Shown here in pieces: positions 40,699 to 49,455 of a DNA stretch of 64,000 nucleotides. Both the position numbers and the translations under genes were made by a program. The DNA is from a virus. The notes beneath the pieces were generated by a model, which saw only the letters and a program-made list of their open reading frames with translations, ran no database searches and was not told where the DNA came from. Position 1 is the first letter of the stretch. Every line of letters starts with the position of its first letter. The stretch covers positions 64,020 to 128,019 of the IMG/VR virus record IMGVR_UViG_3300042197_000820. One strand, given 5' to 3'.

Positions 40699-41868
40699 CT
40701 AAATCTCCATAAATATTGTATTTATTTTATCCATAAATAAATCTGCATCTGCTTTAGATAACTTCAAGTTAGGTCTCAAGCGAATAGTTTTAGCAGAAGT
40801 TTTATTAGTTAGTATACCATGATTAAGCATTTTTGTAAAGAAAATATTTCTAGTTTTTTCATCCTCAAAATGCATAGACATTAGGAATCCGATATTTTGA
40901 AACTTGAAAGCTCCATTTGTAGAAATATTATTTTTGACATATTCAGACATTGTTGACACATTATCCATGATATTGTATGTATCGTAGGCTTTCATAATGT
41001 ATGTACACCTTACCATATCTAACAAATCTCCTGCCCAAGTTGGCTCCAACATATAGCTATTTACGAATATTTCTGAGTATTTTTCAGTTGCCATAATACC
41101 AGAAGTCTGTGTTTTTTTACCAAACACCACTATGTCGGGTATTATCTGTAATGTCTCAAAATACCACAACTTACCAGTAACTGCAAACCCTGTCTGGATC
41201 TCATCTAATATGAAAGGAATATCGTGGGTCTTGCATATTATATTGATTTTTCTTATGTATTCTGGATCCAGCAAGATATCTCCTGCCGAGCATTGTATTG
41301 GCTCCACCAAGATAGCAGTTATGTCATGATTATCAATAGCTGTCTTGATTGCCTGTGAACCATCCTCCATGTTTACTGTAATAACATGGCTAGCCGGGAA
41401 TGGCAGAACTCTATTAGAGAAGTGACTATCTCTAGAAGTGCAAAATCCACCATACCCGTTTATACCGTGAAAACTATTAGAAATACAAAGTATCTTGGGA
41501 TTTTTATGTTTTTTATATAGAATGGCTGTCTTTATTGCCGCTTCAATAGCGAGGGATCCTGTACAACAATAGTGGAAATATTTATAGTTCTTGTTTGTTC
41601 CAAACGAAGAGAATTTTTGATCAAATTCAATAGATTGTTCTGTTTGAAATTCACAATTACTAACTTTCCACTTTGATATGTCTCGCATTTGTTGTTCAAA
41701 CGATTCATCGAATACTGAATCATTATATCCGAGTGGTAGAGAAGAATACATACTAAAAAGATCCAGCATATATCTATTAGTATTTTTGTCAAATAAGTAG
41801 CTGCCTTTAGATCTCTGGAAGTCTACATTCACGTTCAACGAGCTATTATTGGTAATATTCTTAATCAT
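40699..41868 (-). CDS. Class III PLP aminotransferase (lysine 6-aminotransferase-like)
   Basis: LDLFSMYSSLPLGYN, TGSLAIEAAIK, SFHG, EPIQ, ILDEIQTG, FGKK (PLP Lys). Confidence 0.9.
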   Translation of the reverse strand: MIKNITNNSSLNVNVDFQRSKGSYLFDKNTNRYMLDLFSMYSSLPLGYNDSVFDESFEQQMRDISKWKVSNCEFQTEQSIEFDQKFSSFGTNKNYKYFHYCCTGSLAIEAAIKTAILYKKHKNPKILCISNSFHGINGYGGFCTSRDSHFSNRVLPFPASHVITVNMEDGSQAIKTAIDNHDITAILVEPIQCSAGDILLDPEYIRKINIICKTHDIPFILDEIQTGFAVTGKLWYFETLQIIPDIVVFGKKTQTSGIMATEKYSEIFVNSYMLEPTWAGDLLDMVRCTYIMKAYDTYNIMDNVSTMSEYVKNNISTNGAFKFQNIGFLMSMHFEDEKTRNIFFTKMLNHGILTNKTSAKTIRLRPNLKLSKADADLFMDKINTIFMEI

Positions 41869-42505
41869 AGTTAACCTTAACTAAAACACCATGTATCAAG
41901 GTTTCGTAATCGAGTGATATTTTAAGCTTATTTTCATGAAACATACTGATGATTTTTTCCTCATCCAAATCTGTAAAGTTATTCTCTACAGACTTCCTCT
42001 GCTTATTGCATGGCAGATGTATTAATGCTCTACCATCTTTCTTTAAAATTCTAGAAAAAGTGTGTATCAGTTTCTGTAGAACGTCCACTTCTGTCCTTAC
42101 CAGTGTATCAATAGAAAATATAAAATCTACTGTTTGATCTTGAATGTTTGGTAGCTCAAATCCATTAGTTAAATGAAAAGATATTTTATCATTCTTTAGT
42201 TTATTCTTAATATACTCTCCACTCTCTTCAAATATATCAGAACATATGACGTTTTTTGCAGATAGAAAATATTTTGTCCATTTACCCGCATAGCTTCCAT
42301 AATCAAGTATAACAGTATTCTCGTTAATATATCGTAGAACTAAATCATCTTTTATCTTTCTATAGTTTCCAAGATAGTTGTTGCAACTAGTTTTTGCTTC
42401 TACATCTTCTGGGTTCCCCCAGACATAACCTTCGTGGTCTAGGTTTTGTGAGATTCTATTAGCCCACTTGGTCTTTTGTTCTTCTACACTATGTCCTGTT
42501 GACAT
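41861..42505 (-). CDS. Class I SAM-dependent methyltransferase
   Basis: ILDYGSYAG, VDFIFSID, RILKKDG. Confidence 0.85.
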   Translation of the reverse strand: MSTGHSVEEQKTKWANRISQNLDHEGYVWGNPEDVEAKTSCNNYLGNYRKIKDDLVLRYINENTVILDYGSYAGKWTKYFLSAKNVICSDIFEESGEYIKNKLKNDKISFHLTNGFELPNIQDQTVDFIFSIDTLVRTEVDVLQKLIHTFSRILKKDGRALIHLPCNKQRKSVENNFTDLDEEKIISMFHENKLKISLDYETLIHGVLVKVNYD

Positions 42506-42893
42506 TCTGTACTTCCTCTAACGCACTATTCCAGTTAGTAAACTTGATTGCTTTGTCATCGATGTAACAAACAGCTCTTGGCTTCTCTGCTGTTACATCA
42601 GAGACAAACTTTTTCATATCATACTTTTCTAACCATTCCCAGACTAGTTCAGTACCAGTTTTACCGTTAATAAGCATCCTATCTTTTCTAGCCTTCGCAG
42701 TATAGACTATAATCTCAAACTCTTTGCTAATAGATTCTAGGGCCTCATATGCTCCGTCGATAGGTGTATCATAGATAGTACCATCGTAAAACCCTTTAGA
42801 GTTTTTATGAATCACACCATCAAAATCAATGGCTATCTGATAGGTTTCATCTGGGTAAGAGTGTTCTCTTATATTTTCTGGAGTATTATTCAA
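42489..42893 (-). CDS. HAD-superfamily phosphatase (capless)
   Basis: IAIDFDGVI, IVYTA, EKP..YIDDKA. Confidence 0.85.
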   Translation of the reverse strand: MNNTPENIREHSYPDETYQIAIDFDGVIHKNSKGFYDGTIYDTPIDGAYEALESISKEFEIIVYTAKARKDRMLINGKTGTELVWEWLEKYDMKKFVSDVTAEKPRAVCYIDDKAIKFTNWNSALEEVQNVNRT

Positions 42894-44029
42894 TTCCTAT
42901 GGTCTCCGTCTGGATATACATGAGGAACATCTTCTCTGCTAACGGCCAGCCTAACTGCCGGTTTATCACCTATAGCTGTTATCTTATGCACCTTGCCCTT
43001 CGGTATGAATACAATATCACCCTTTTTGATATTATGGGTGGCATTCTCCACTTCCCATTCCCACTCGCCATCGAGGATATACCACCATTCATTCCAATCT
43101 GGATGGAAATGTCTGCGGTTGCCTTCTCCCGGCATTTGTTGAATAACAGTTGCACTATTGTTTTCAGTATTTACGACTCTCTTACTCCAAGAGTTAGAAA
43201 CACCAAACTTGCTACGAATATCAGATATATTTACTTTAAGATGATTAGCATCATGTAAATCGTTTACAGAAACTCCATCTTTTACTAAGATATTGGGTAC
43301 ATCGGCTTCTGAGTGGTATTCGCCATAGAATTGTGGTTTATAGTTTCTGATACCTTCTAGGTTTCTAGCAACAAGATCGGCAATGATAAAATCTTCTTCG
43401 TGATGTATGTCAAGAGTTTCGATCCCGTCCACTTCGTAAAAACCTACATTTCCAATAAAAGTTCTTGGTTTTAAATCTTCACTTATATTAGTGAGTGCGC
43501 TAGTTCTCCACCCTGTTATGCCCCAACATACCTCTTGAACTGGCTTAAGTTTCTGAGACTGTGTGAATAGGTGATCAAAATCGAAGTTTACAGGACTATT
43601 ATCTTTTAGGATCATTTCCTGTTCCGTCTTAATAGATACAAGAGTGTCAAAGTTTGATTGGCACATCTCTGTGACAAACCCTTTGATTGTTTCAGGTTTT
43701 GTGAACGGAGATGTGGAATGTAACATAAAAATGTAATCTGACTCTACAGAAGAACAGAAATCATTAATAAAATGTTCATGCGTGATTGTGGGGTCACTTA
43801 AAGATTCCTCTCTCTTATAAAACTTAACTCCTAACTCTTCTGCAATAGAGCGAAATACATCTGACGATGAATTGATATATATTTCGTCAAATATGCCGCT
43901 CTGTTTAGCAGATTCTATTACATATGCCGGTAGTATTTTGTTGTTCAAAAGTCTTATATTCTTGTTCTTGCATCTTTGACTTCCTAGTCGTAGAGGTATA
44001 ACAGCAACTATTTTATTTCCATTTAACAT
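42890..44029 (-). CDS. CMP-ulosonate synthetase (NeuA/KdsB-like cytidylyltransferase) fused to a C-terminal cupin
   Basis: VIPLRLGSQRCKNKNI, HSTSPF, LDIHHEED; cupin HFHPDWNEWWYILDG...PKGKVH. Confidence 0.85.
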   Translation of the reverse strand: MLNGNKIVAVIPLRLGSQRCKNKNIRLLNNKILPAYVIESAKQSGIFDEIYINSSSDVFRSIAEELGVKFYKREESLSDPTITHEHFINDFCSSVESDYIFMLHSTSPFTKPETIKGFVTEMCQSNFDTLVSIKTEQEMILKDNSPVNFDFDHLFTQSQKLKPVQEVCWGITGWRTSALTNISEDLKPRTFIGNVGFYEVDGIETLDIHHEEDFIIADLVARNLEGIRNYKPQFYGEYHSEADVPNILVKDGVSVNDLHDANHLKVNISDIRSKFGVSNSWSKRVVNTENNSATVIQQMPGEGNRRHFHPDWNEWWYILDGEWEWEVENATHNIKKGDIVFIPKGKVHKITAIGDKPAVRLAVSREDVPHVYPDGDHRN

Positions 44030-44630
44030 AATTTATCAAGCTCCCGATTTTTTCTATTTCTACTTTAACTATATCTCCATCTTTCAGATGGATTTTTCTA
44101 CAACCTGCCGACGCTCCCGTGATGATTATATCATCTTCCTCAAGAGTAATATATTTACTAGCATAGCTTATGCATTTGTAAATATCATAGTATAAATCCG
44201 ACGTATTACAATCCTGTACTATGTTTCCGTTAACATAACTCGTAACTCTAAGATTAGTTACATCTGTATCAGGAGATATTAACGTGTCCCCTAGTGGTAG
44301 AAAGGTATCACAGCATTTTCCATAAGCTAAATCTTCAGACCTTTTAAGTATATTTGTACGATTGACATCGTTGCATATAGAGTAGCCTTTTATATGCTTA
44401 TGAGCTTCTTCATAAGTTACGTTATTAGTTCTTTTAGATATAACAACTGCTAGCTCCGACTCGGCCCATATATATTTGGTATCGGATGGAACAATAATAT
44501 CTGTTTCATTTCCAGTAATACAGTTATTACTTTTGATAAATAATACAGGAGTTCTTTTTCTTTTATTGAACATACAACGATGATTTCCACCAAATCCTAG
44601 GATGATATTTGGTTTTTTAATCGTAGTCAT
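44013..44630 (-). CDS. Fumarylacetoacetate hydrolase (FAH) family protein
   Basis: PVLFIKS, ESELAVVI, GYSICNDV, GKCCDTFLPLG, DIIITG, GDIVKVEIEKIGSLIN. Confidence 0.9.
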   Translation of the reverse strand: MTTIKKPNIILGFGGNHRCMFNKRKRTPVLFIKSNNCITGNETDIIVPSDTKYIWAESELAVVISKRTNNVTYEEAHKHIKGYSICNDVNRTNILKRSEDLAYGKCCDTFLPLGDTLISPDTDVTNLRVTSYVNGNIVQDCNTSDLYYDIYKCISYASKYITLEEDDIIITGASAGCRKIHLKDGDIVKVEIEKIGSLINYVKWK

Positions 44631-45370
44631 TGTATTAAATCCAGACTATTTTCATAACTTTCGAATCTGGGATCAGACAAAAAGATTCCTAACTGTCGAT
44701 CAACTGATATACGCTTATCTTGATTAAAAAGATTGTACTTAAAATGTCTAAACTGCTTGTCAGGATCGTGCTTGCTATTATGCCTAAACATCTGTATTAT
44801 ATCTTGTTTAGAAAATGTTTCGTATCCTGTCTGATACAAAGATCTATAAAAATCAATACCTGTTATGTATAACTCTGCTAAATCTGAACTTAGCAAGTCG
44901 CAGATCGCAACCATTCCAGAGTTCAAATGACACCCAATATTATGTTTTGTGCTGTAATATGGTTCATTTGGTATAAGTCTGACGTTAACATTACTGTTAT
45001 TAAGTGTATCATGTACGTTATGTGCTACCGATGCATTATAAAAGTCTTCTGACTCTGGGTAAGTTGTTGAAACAAACTTGATCTTGTTTTGTTCCCAAAG
45101 TCGGTAATCAACCTCTAGCTTACCAGTTCTCGGATGACTTGCGTTGATATATCCGGTAGAAAAACAAGCATATAGTATATCTGTTCTATTACCGATATAT
45201 TCCTCTTGTCCCTCAAGATGTGACACTGCACGATTCAGCCTGACAACTACATCGTAACTATCAATGCAATCGCCATTCTTCTCTTTGAGGACCGTATCCG
45301 AGGGACCAACCAGAACAACTCGCTTACCAGCTAAATATTTCTTGTAGTCTTCTTCATGAACTATCGGCAT
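44627..45370 (-). CDS. GT29-like (sialyltransferase-like) glycosyltransferase
   Basis: VVLVGPS...IDSYDVVVRLN...IGNRTD (sialylmotif L-like), NSGMVAI...LYITGIDFY (motif S-like), and a downstream His. Confidence 0.7.
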   Translation of the reverse strand: MPIVHEEDYKKYLAGKRVVLVGPSDTVLKEKNGDCIDSYDVVVRLNRAVSHLEGQEEYIGNRTDILYACFSTGYINASHPRTGKLEVDYRLWEQNKIKFVSTTYPESEDFYNASVAHNVHDTLNNSNVNVRLIPNEPYYSTKHNIGCHLNSGMVAICDLLSSDLAELYITGIDFYRSLYQTGYETFSKQDIIQMFRHNSKHDPDKQFRHFKYNLFNQDKRISVDRQLGIFLSDPRFESYENSLDLIQ

Positions 45371-46155
45371 ATTACATCACTCCAATAAGACATCTTAAGT
45401 TTACTCATATTATATCTTATATTAATCATCTTGTCGTACTCTGTCAATAAAAAATCTTCTGTTACTTGTTCCCAAGAATCGATCAACAATATGGGTAAAT
45501 CAGAAAACTCATTCATATGTATGCTTTTCAGTACTATAGGGATTGACCTTAAATATAAAGATTCCCAAGTCCTATGGCAGTCTACACCATTTCCTCTGGG
45601 AGATATAACAAACTTATGGCGTGAGATGTCGTTATAATATTCCTTCCAATCAAGATTACTTTTGAACGTGACCCAGCTTTTATCTCTAAATAAGTCGATC
45701 ACTAGATTTCTCTCGGATCGATATGTTGTTGGGTTGATGTTCAAATATACAAGCTTATCGTGTTCTTGTTTCTGTGCAGACAGTTCAATAATATATTCTT
45801 TTTTGGAAAATCCATTTTGTGGTAAAGTAGAATATCTTCCAAACTGGCTCTGAGCGTTGAAAACCGGTTCAAAGTTTTCTAGTCCAATAGGCAAAGAAAT
45901 GAGATTATCATTATTAAAATCTTTATTTTGACAAAACCAAGTCCTTGCCCTAGGACCAAAATCATATACTTCTTTAGTTATATGATAATCACTATTATGA
46001 GTTATAAAAGTGTCTACTATTTTTCCTTTGTATTCAGGAATATAATCAGTCTTACAAAATACTATATTGTCTGTGTTCGATTCATTAATGAATCTATTAC
46101 CACATATGTAGTCGTCTTCATCGACCTCATAGTTTAACAAACTTTCTTCTAGCAT
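45361..46155 (-). CDS. Exostosin/GT47-like glycosyltransferase
   Basis: HKFVISPRGNGVDCHRTWESLYLRSIPIV; likely start is ATG 46155. Confidence 0.7.
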   Translation of the reverse strand: MLEESLLNYEVDEDDYICGNRFINESNTDNIVFCKTDYIPEYKGKIVDTFITHNSDYHITKEVYDFGPRARTWFCQNKDFNNDNLISLPIGLENFEPVFNAQSQFGRYSTLPQNGFSKKEYIIELSAQKQEHDKLVYLNINPTTYRSERNLVIDLFRDKSWVTFKSNLDWKEYYNDISRHKFVISPRGNGVDCHRTWESLYLRSIPIVLKSIHMNEFSDLPILLIDSWEQVTEDFLLTEYDKMINIRYNMSKLKMSYWSDVICR

Positions 46156-46913
46156 TTGGAGGCTAAAATGTCCTCTACTAGTTTGTCTATCTGGTTCTTG
46201 TATTGTGAATATGGACGAATAGAGTGACAATCATAAAACTCGTTTCTGTCAAGCATAGATGTATCATAAACGAAGTTACTTCTGTCTAGTCTATGTCCGT
46301 ATCTACCGCCATCTCTTTCAATAAATTTAATATTATTATAGCCAATATTGATTTTTTGAAGTATCTTGTTAGTTGCATACTGTTCGTCAGCAAACCAACT
46401 AGTTTTACCTGTTAGGTGACCACCGGGATCAGAACCCAGATTACTTGAATGTACTTGCCAAGCTGACATTTCCCAATCTAATGGAAGATCTAATACATCC
46501 GTAAATACAGAACCTTTGGCTATATGATAACAGGAGGGGAACTTCTTATATTCCCCAATAGAGGGATCCAAGTGAACATAACTGTTATCTTCAATAGAAC
46601 TTACTCTATCTAAAAAGTATTCCCTAGAAATAGGAAACATATCAATGTCTGATATAGCCCAAGTCGTTTCTGGCTCAGTTGAGGGATGAAAATATCTAAC
46701 CCATAAAGTCTGCAAGTATACTGGTACTCCTTCCACTGGTTTGTACTTGTACACTTCACCGTATTCTGTCGTTGGTTCATATTCTGAGTCTGACACATAC
46801 AGTAATACGGGGGTAATACCAAACTTTTCCTTCCATACTCTTGACACAAGTGGCCAGAAATCTAAATAAAATGGATTGTCGTCACTTGAAACTATAGCTT
46901 TATCTATTTTCAT
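46149..46913 (-). CDS. Putative glycosyltransferase (GT-A-like, DxD)
   Basis: YLDFWP, ISDIDMFP, PSCYH, WFADE; located within the glycan cluster. Confidence 0.45.
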   Translation of the reverse strand: MKIDKAIVSSDDNPFYLDFWPLVSRVWKEKFGITPVLLYVSDSEYEPTTEYGEVYKYKPVEGVPVYLQTLWVRYFHPSTEPETTWAISDIDMFPISREYFLDRVSSIEDNSYVHLDPSIGEYKKFPSCYHIAKGSVFTDVLDLPLDWEMSAWQVHSSNLGSDPGGHLTGKTSWFADEQYATNKILQKINIGYNNIKFIERDGGRYGHRLDRSNFVYDTSMLDRNEFYDCHSIRPYSQYKNQIDKLVEDILASKC

Positions 46914-47767
46914 TTGATGTCCTCGTCTTTTATATGGCTCGTAGCAGAAGAGCTTCTACTCCAGTCCCAATCTTCTCTTACCATCTTATTATATTCCCAG
47001 ATATTTGTCAAGAATTTAGTATTTATTTGTTTTTGATTCAAAACATGTATTAAAGAGTTAATATCTTTAGGAAAACAGGTACCTCCGAATCCTCTCTGTC
47101 CATCTGGTCCGGGTACCTTGGTATGAGAACGACCAATCCTTTCATCTGTGCATACGCCTTCAACTACATTCTCATATTCACATTCAAATGCTTGGCATGT
47201 ATCATATACTAAGTTGAAATAAGAAACTTTCATTGCAAGAAACGTATTAGCAAAATATTTAATCATTTCAGATTCTTTACTTTTAACAACCTGTGTTTTA
47301 GAAAATGGTTGTATAGATTCAAAGAACTCTATTAGGTTACTGTCTATTTGCAAGATATCAGAACCAATAATATTTCTGGTTGACTTAGCGAAATCTTCTA
47401 CGGCGTTAGCTGCTGTAAGAAACTCGGGATTATGTATTATCTTTAAGTCCTTCCTTTTCTCTTGCAGCCTGCTTGTAGTACCGATTGGAACTGTTGATTT
47501 AATAGCTATAATACAATCTACACCAAGTGGAATATTTTCAAAAAAATACTCCAAAATACTCAGATCGCACTCAGCACCCTCGGCTGTCTTCATAGGTGTT
47601 GGAAGACATATGAAAACTAGATCACAATCCCAGATTTGTTCTAGGCTATGCGTGCTTTTCTCTGGTGTGGTGTCGTATACTAAAGTCTCATATTTTGTTG
47701 AAACCGACTGTCTTACAGCATTACCGACAAACCCATTTCCTACAATCCCAATCTTACTTATTGTCAT
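46910..47767 (-). CDS. ugd: UDP-glucose/GDP-mannose 6-dehydrogenase (short form lacking the C-terminal domain)
   Basis: GNGFVG, ICLPTP, IKSTVPIG, HNPEFL, EMIKY, GFGGTCFPKD (catalytic Cys). Confidence 0.9.
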   Translation of the reverse strand: MTISKIGIVGNGFVGNAVRQSVSTKYETLVYDTTPEKSTHSLEQIWDCDLVFICLPTPMKTAEGAECDLSILEYFFENIPLGVDCIIAIKSTVPIGTTSRLQEKRKDLKIIHNPEFLTAANAVEDFAKSTRNIIGSDILQIDSNLIEFFESIQPFSKTQVVKSKESEMIKYFANTFLAMKVSYFNLVYDTCQAFECEYENVVEGVCTDERIGRSHTKVPGPDGQRGFGGTCFPKDINSLIHVLNQKQINTKFLTNIWEYNKMVREDWDWSRSSSATSHIKDEDIK

Positions 47768-48653
47768 TTATCCACTCCTCTAATCTAACGGTTGGCTCCC
47801 ACCCAAGCAAAGTAGAAATTTTAGTAATATTGGCTTTAGTAATACGTGATTCTCCGATCCTGGCGGGTATGTGTTCGTGTCCACCTCCGATCATTTGTAC
47901 TAACTCCAAAACACTGTGATTCATGCCAGTTCCCACATTCAAAACTTGTCCAAGGATATCAGGATTTTCAGATGTTGCCGCAAGTATATTAGCTCTCACT
48001 ACATCTCTAACGTGTGTGAAGTCTCTTCTCTGTAAACCATCTCCAACAACAGTCATATTTTTACCTTCTCTTGCTTGTTTAATAAACAAACCAATAACTG
48101 GTGCATATTGACCTCTTGTTGGATGCCGTTCACCATATACATTGAAATATCTGAATATTACCGTCTCCAGATTGAATAGATTATAATACATCTTACAAAG
48201 ATATTCACCCGAAACTTTTGATACTGAGTACGGGTTTAGGCAATCATCCGGCATGTCTTCTCGTAGAGGCGGCTCGTTTTTTAGTCCATAGGCAGAACTA
48301 GTAGATGAGTATACAACTCTTTTAACTCCTGTCTCTCTTGCAGCTTGGAGTACATTGCATGTACCAAGCACATTTGTCATAACTGCTTTAGAAGGATCCA
48401 ATATAGCTGGTTGGATTCTGGCTTCTGCGGCTAAATGGAAGACATATTCGACATTCTCCATAACTCTTTTAAGACTTTGAAAATCGCATATGTCTATCTT
48501 ATGATTTTCCGCTCTATCGTTCCAATAGAAACTTTCGTGAGCATCGGAAGATTCATTGTCTACCACAACAACATGATACCCTTGCTGGATCAACTCGTCT
48601 ACCAAGTTAGAGCCAATGAATCCGGCCCCACCGGTTACTAATACTTTCTTCAT
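47754..48653 (-). CDS. NAD-dependent nucleotide-sugar epimerase/dehydratase (GalE/WbpP-like SDR)
   Basis: TGGAGFIGS, HLAA, SSTSSAYG, YSVSK, RYFNVYG, GDGLQRRDF. Confidence 0.92.
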   Translation of the reverse strand: MKKVLVTGGAGFIGSNLVDELIQQGYHVVVVDNESSDAHESFYWNDRAENHKIDICDFQSLKRVMENVEYVFHLAAEARIQPAILDPSKAVMTNVLGTCNVLQAARETGVKRVVYSSTSSAYGLKNEPPLREDMPDDCLNPYSVSKVSGEYLCKMYYNLFNLETVIFRYFNVYGERHPTRGQYAPVIGLFIKQAREGKNMTVVGDGLQRRDFTHVRDVVRANILAATSENPDILGQVLNVGTGMNHSVLELVQMIGGGHEHIPARIGESRITKANITKISTLLGWEPTVRLEEWINDNK

Positions 48654-49453
48654 TTCGTTTGTTCCTGTAAAAATCTAAAATATCCAAATTTTGATTCTCT
48701 TGGCATCAAAACCCTTTCTGGTGTAGTGGTTTTAAGTTCTAAATGAGGGTCAAACACCTTAAATGTTTGCCAATCTCCATATTTATTAGCTCTATCTAAA
48801 TCAAATCTTTGGTGCTTATCATACTTGTGAATCATTATCGAAAATATCGATTGGTCACATCGATGCTGTATACATTTGCCATCAATACCATCTGGTTTAT
48901 CTACACCGACATTTGGTAGAAGTGCATCCGGTGTTTTGGAATAGTAGTACATTTCTTCTATCATATTACGATTAGACTGATCGATCTGATATACCTGAAA
49001 TCCGGCCCAATATTGTGGCATGATCTCCGATCCCTCTGAACCATCAATAGTACTAAAACACTTTTTAGTAGTCCAATATTGATTACTTAGAATTTCTTGT
49101 GGATATGGCAAGAATAAGGAGCCTTCTTCTAAATCATTTTCAATATTATTAGCAGAAGAAACAAAGCAATTTGCTGAGTCTGAGTAGATGAACTTGTCAC
49201 TTCTACTCACAACGTCATTCAGAGCATATGTCTTATAAAAAAATGCTCCCGGTTCATAAGCGTATTCGGTGATTTCAGGAATCCTTATTAGATTAACATT
49301 TTTTAGTTGCCTAAAATAATCTAACTCTATTTCGCTTATCTGGCCAAAATGGTAAAGATAGATATTCTGATCGTATGAATGAAACTTATAACTTCTTAAA
49401 AGATTTAAAGCATTTTTAGCAAACTTGCCATTAAAAACAGTTACTAAATCCAT
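48650..49453 (-). CDS. DUF1647-like putative glycosyltransferase
   Basis: FFYK, YSDSA, WAGF, HRCDQSIFS. Confidence 0.55.
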   Translation of the reverse strand: MDLVTVFNGKFAKNALNLLRSYKFHSYDQNIYLYHFGQISEIELDYFRQLKNVNLIRIPEITEYAYEPGAFFYKTYALNDVVSRSDKFIYSDSANCFVSSANNIENDLEEGSLFLPYPQEILSNQYWTTKKCFSTIDGSEGSEIMPQYWAGFQVYQIDQSNRNMIEEMYYYSKTPDALLPNVGVDKPDGIDGKCIQHRCDQSIFSIMIHKYDKHQRFDLDRANKYGDWQTFKVFDPHLELKTTTPERVLMPRESKFGYFRFLQEQTK

Positions 49454-49455
49454 CT

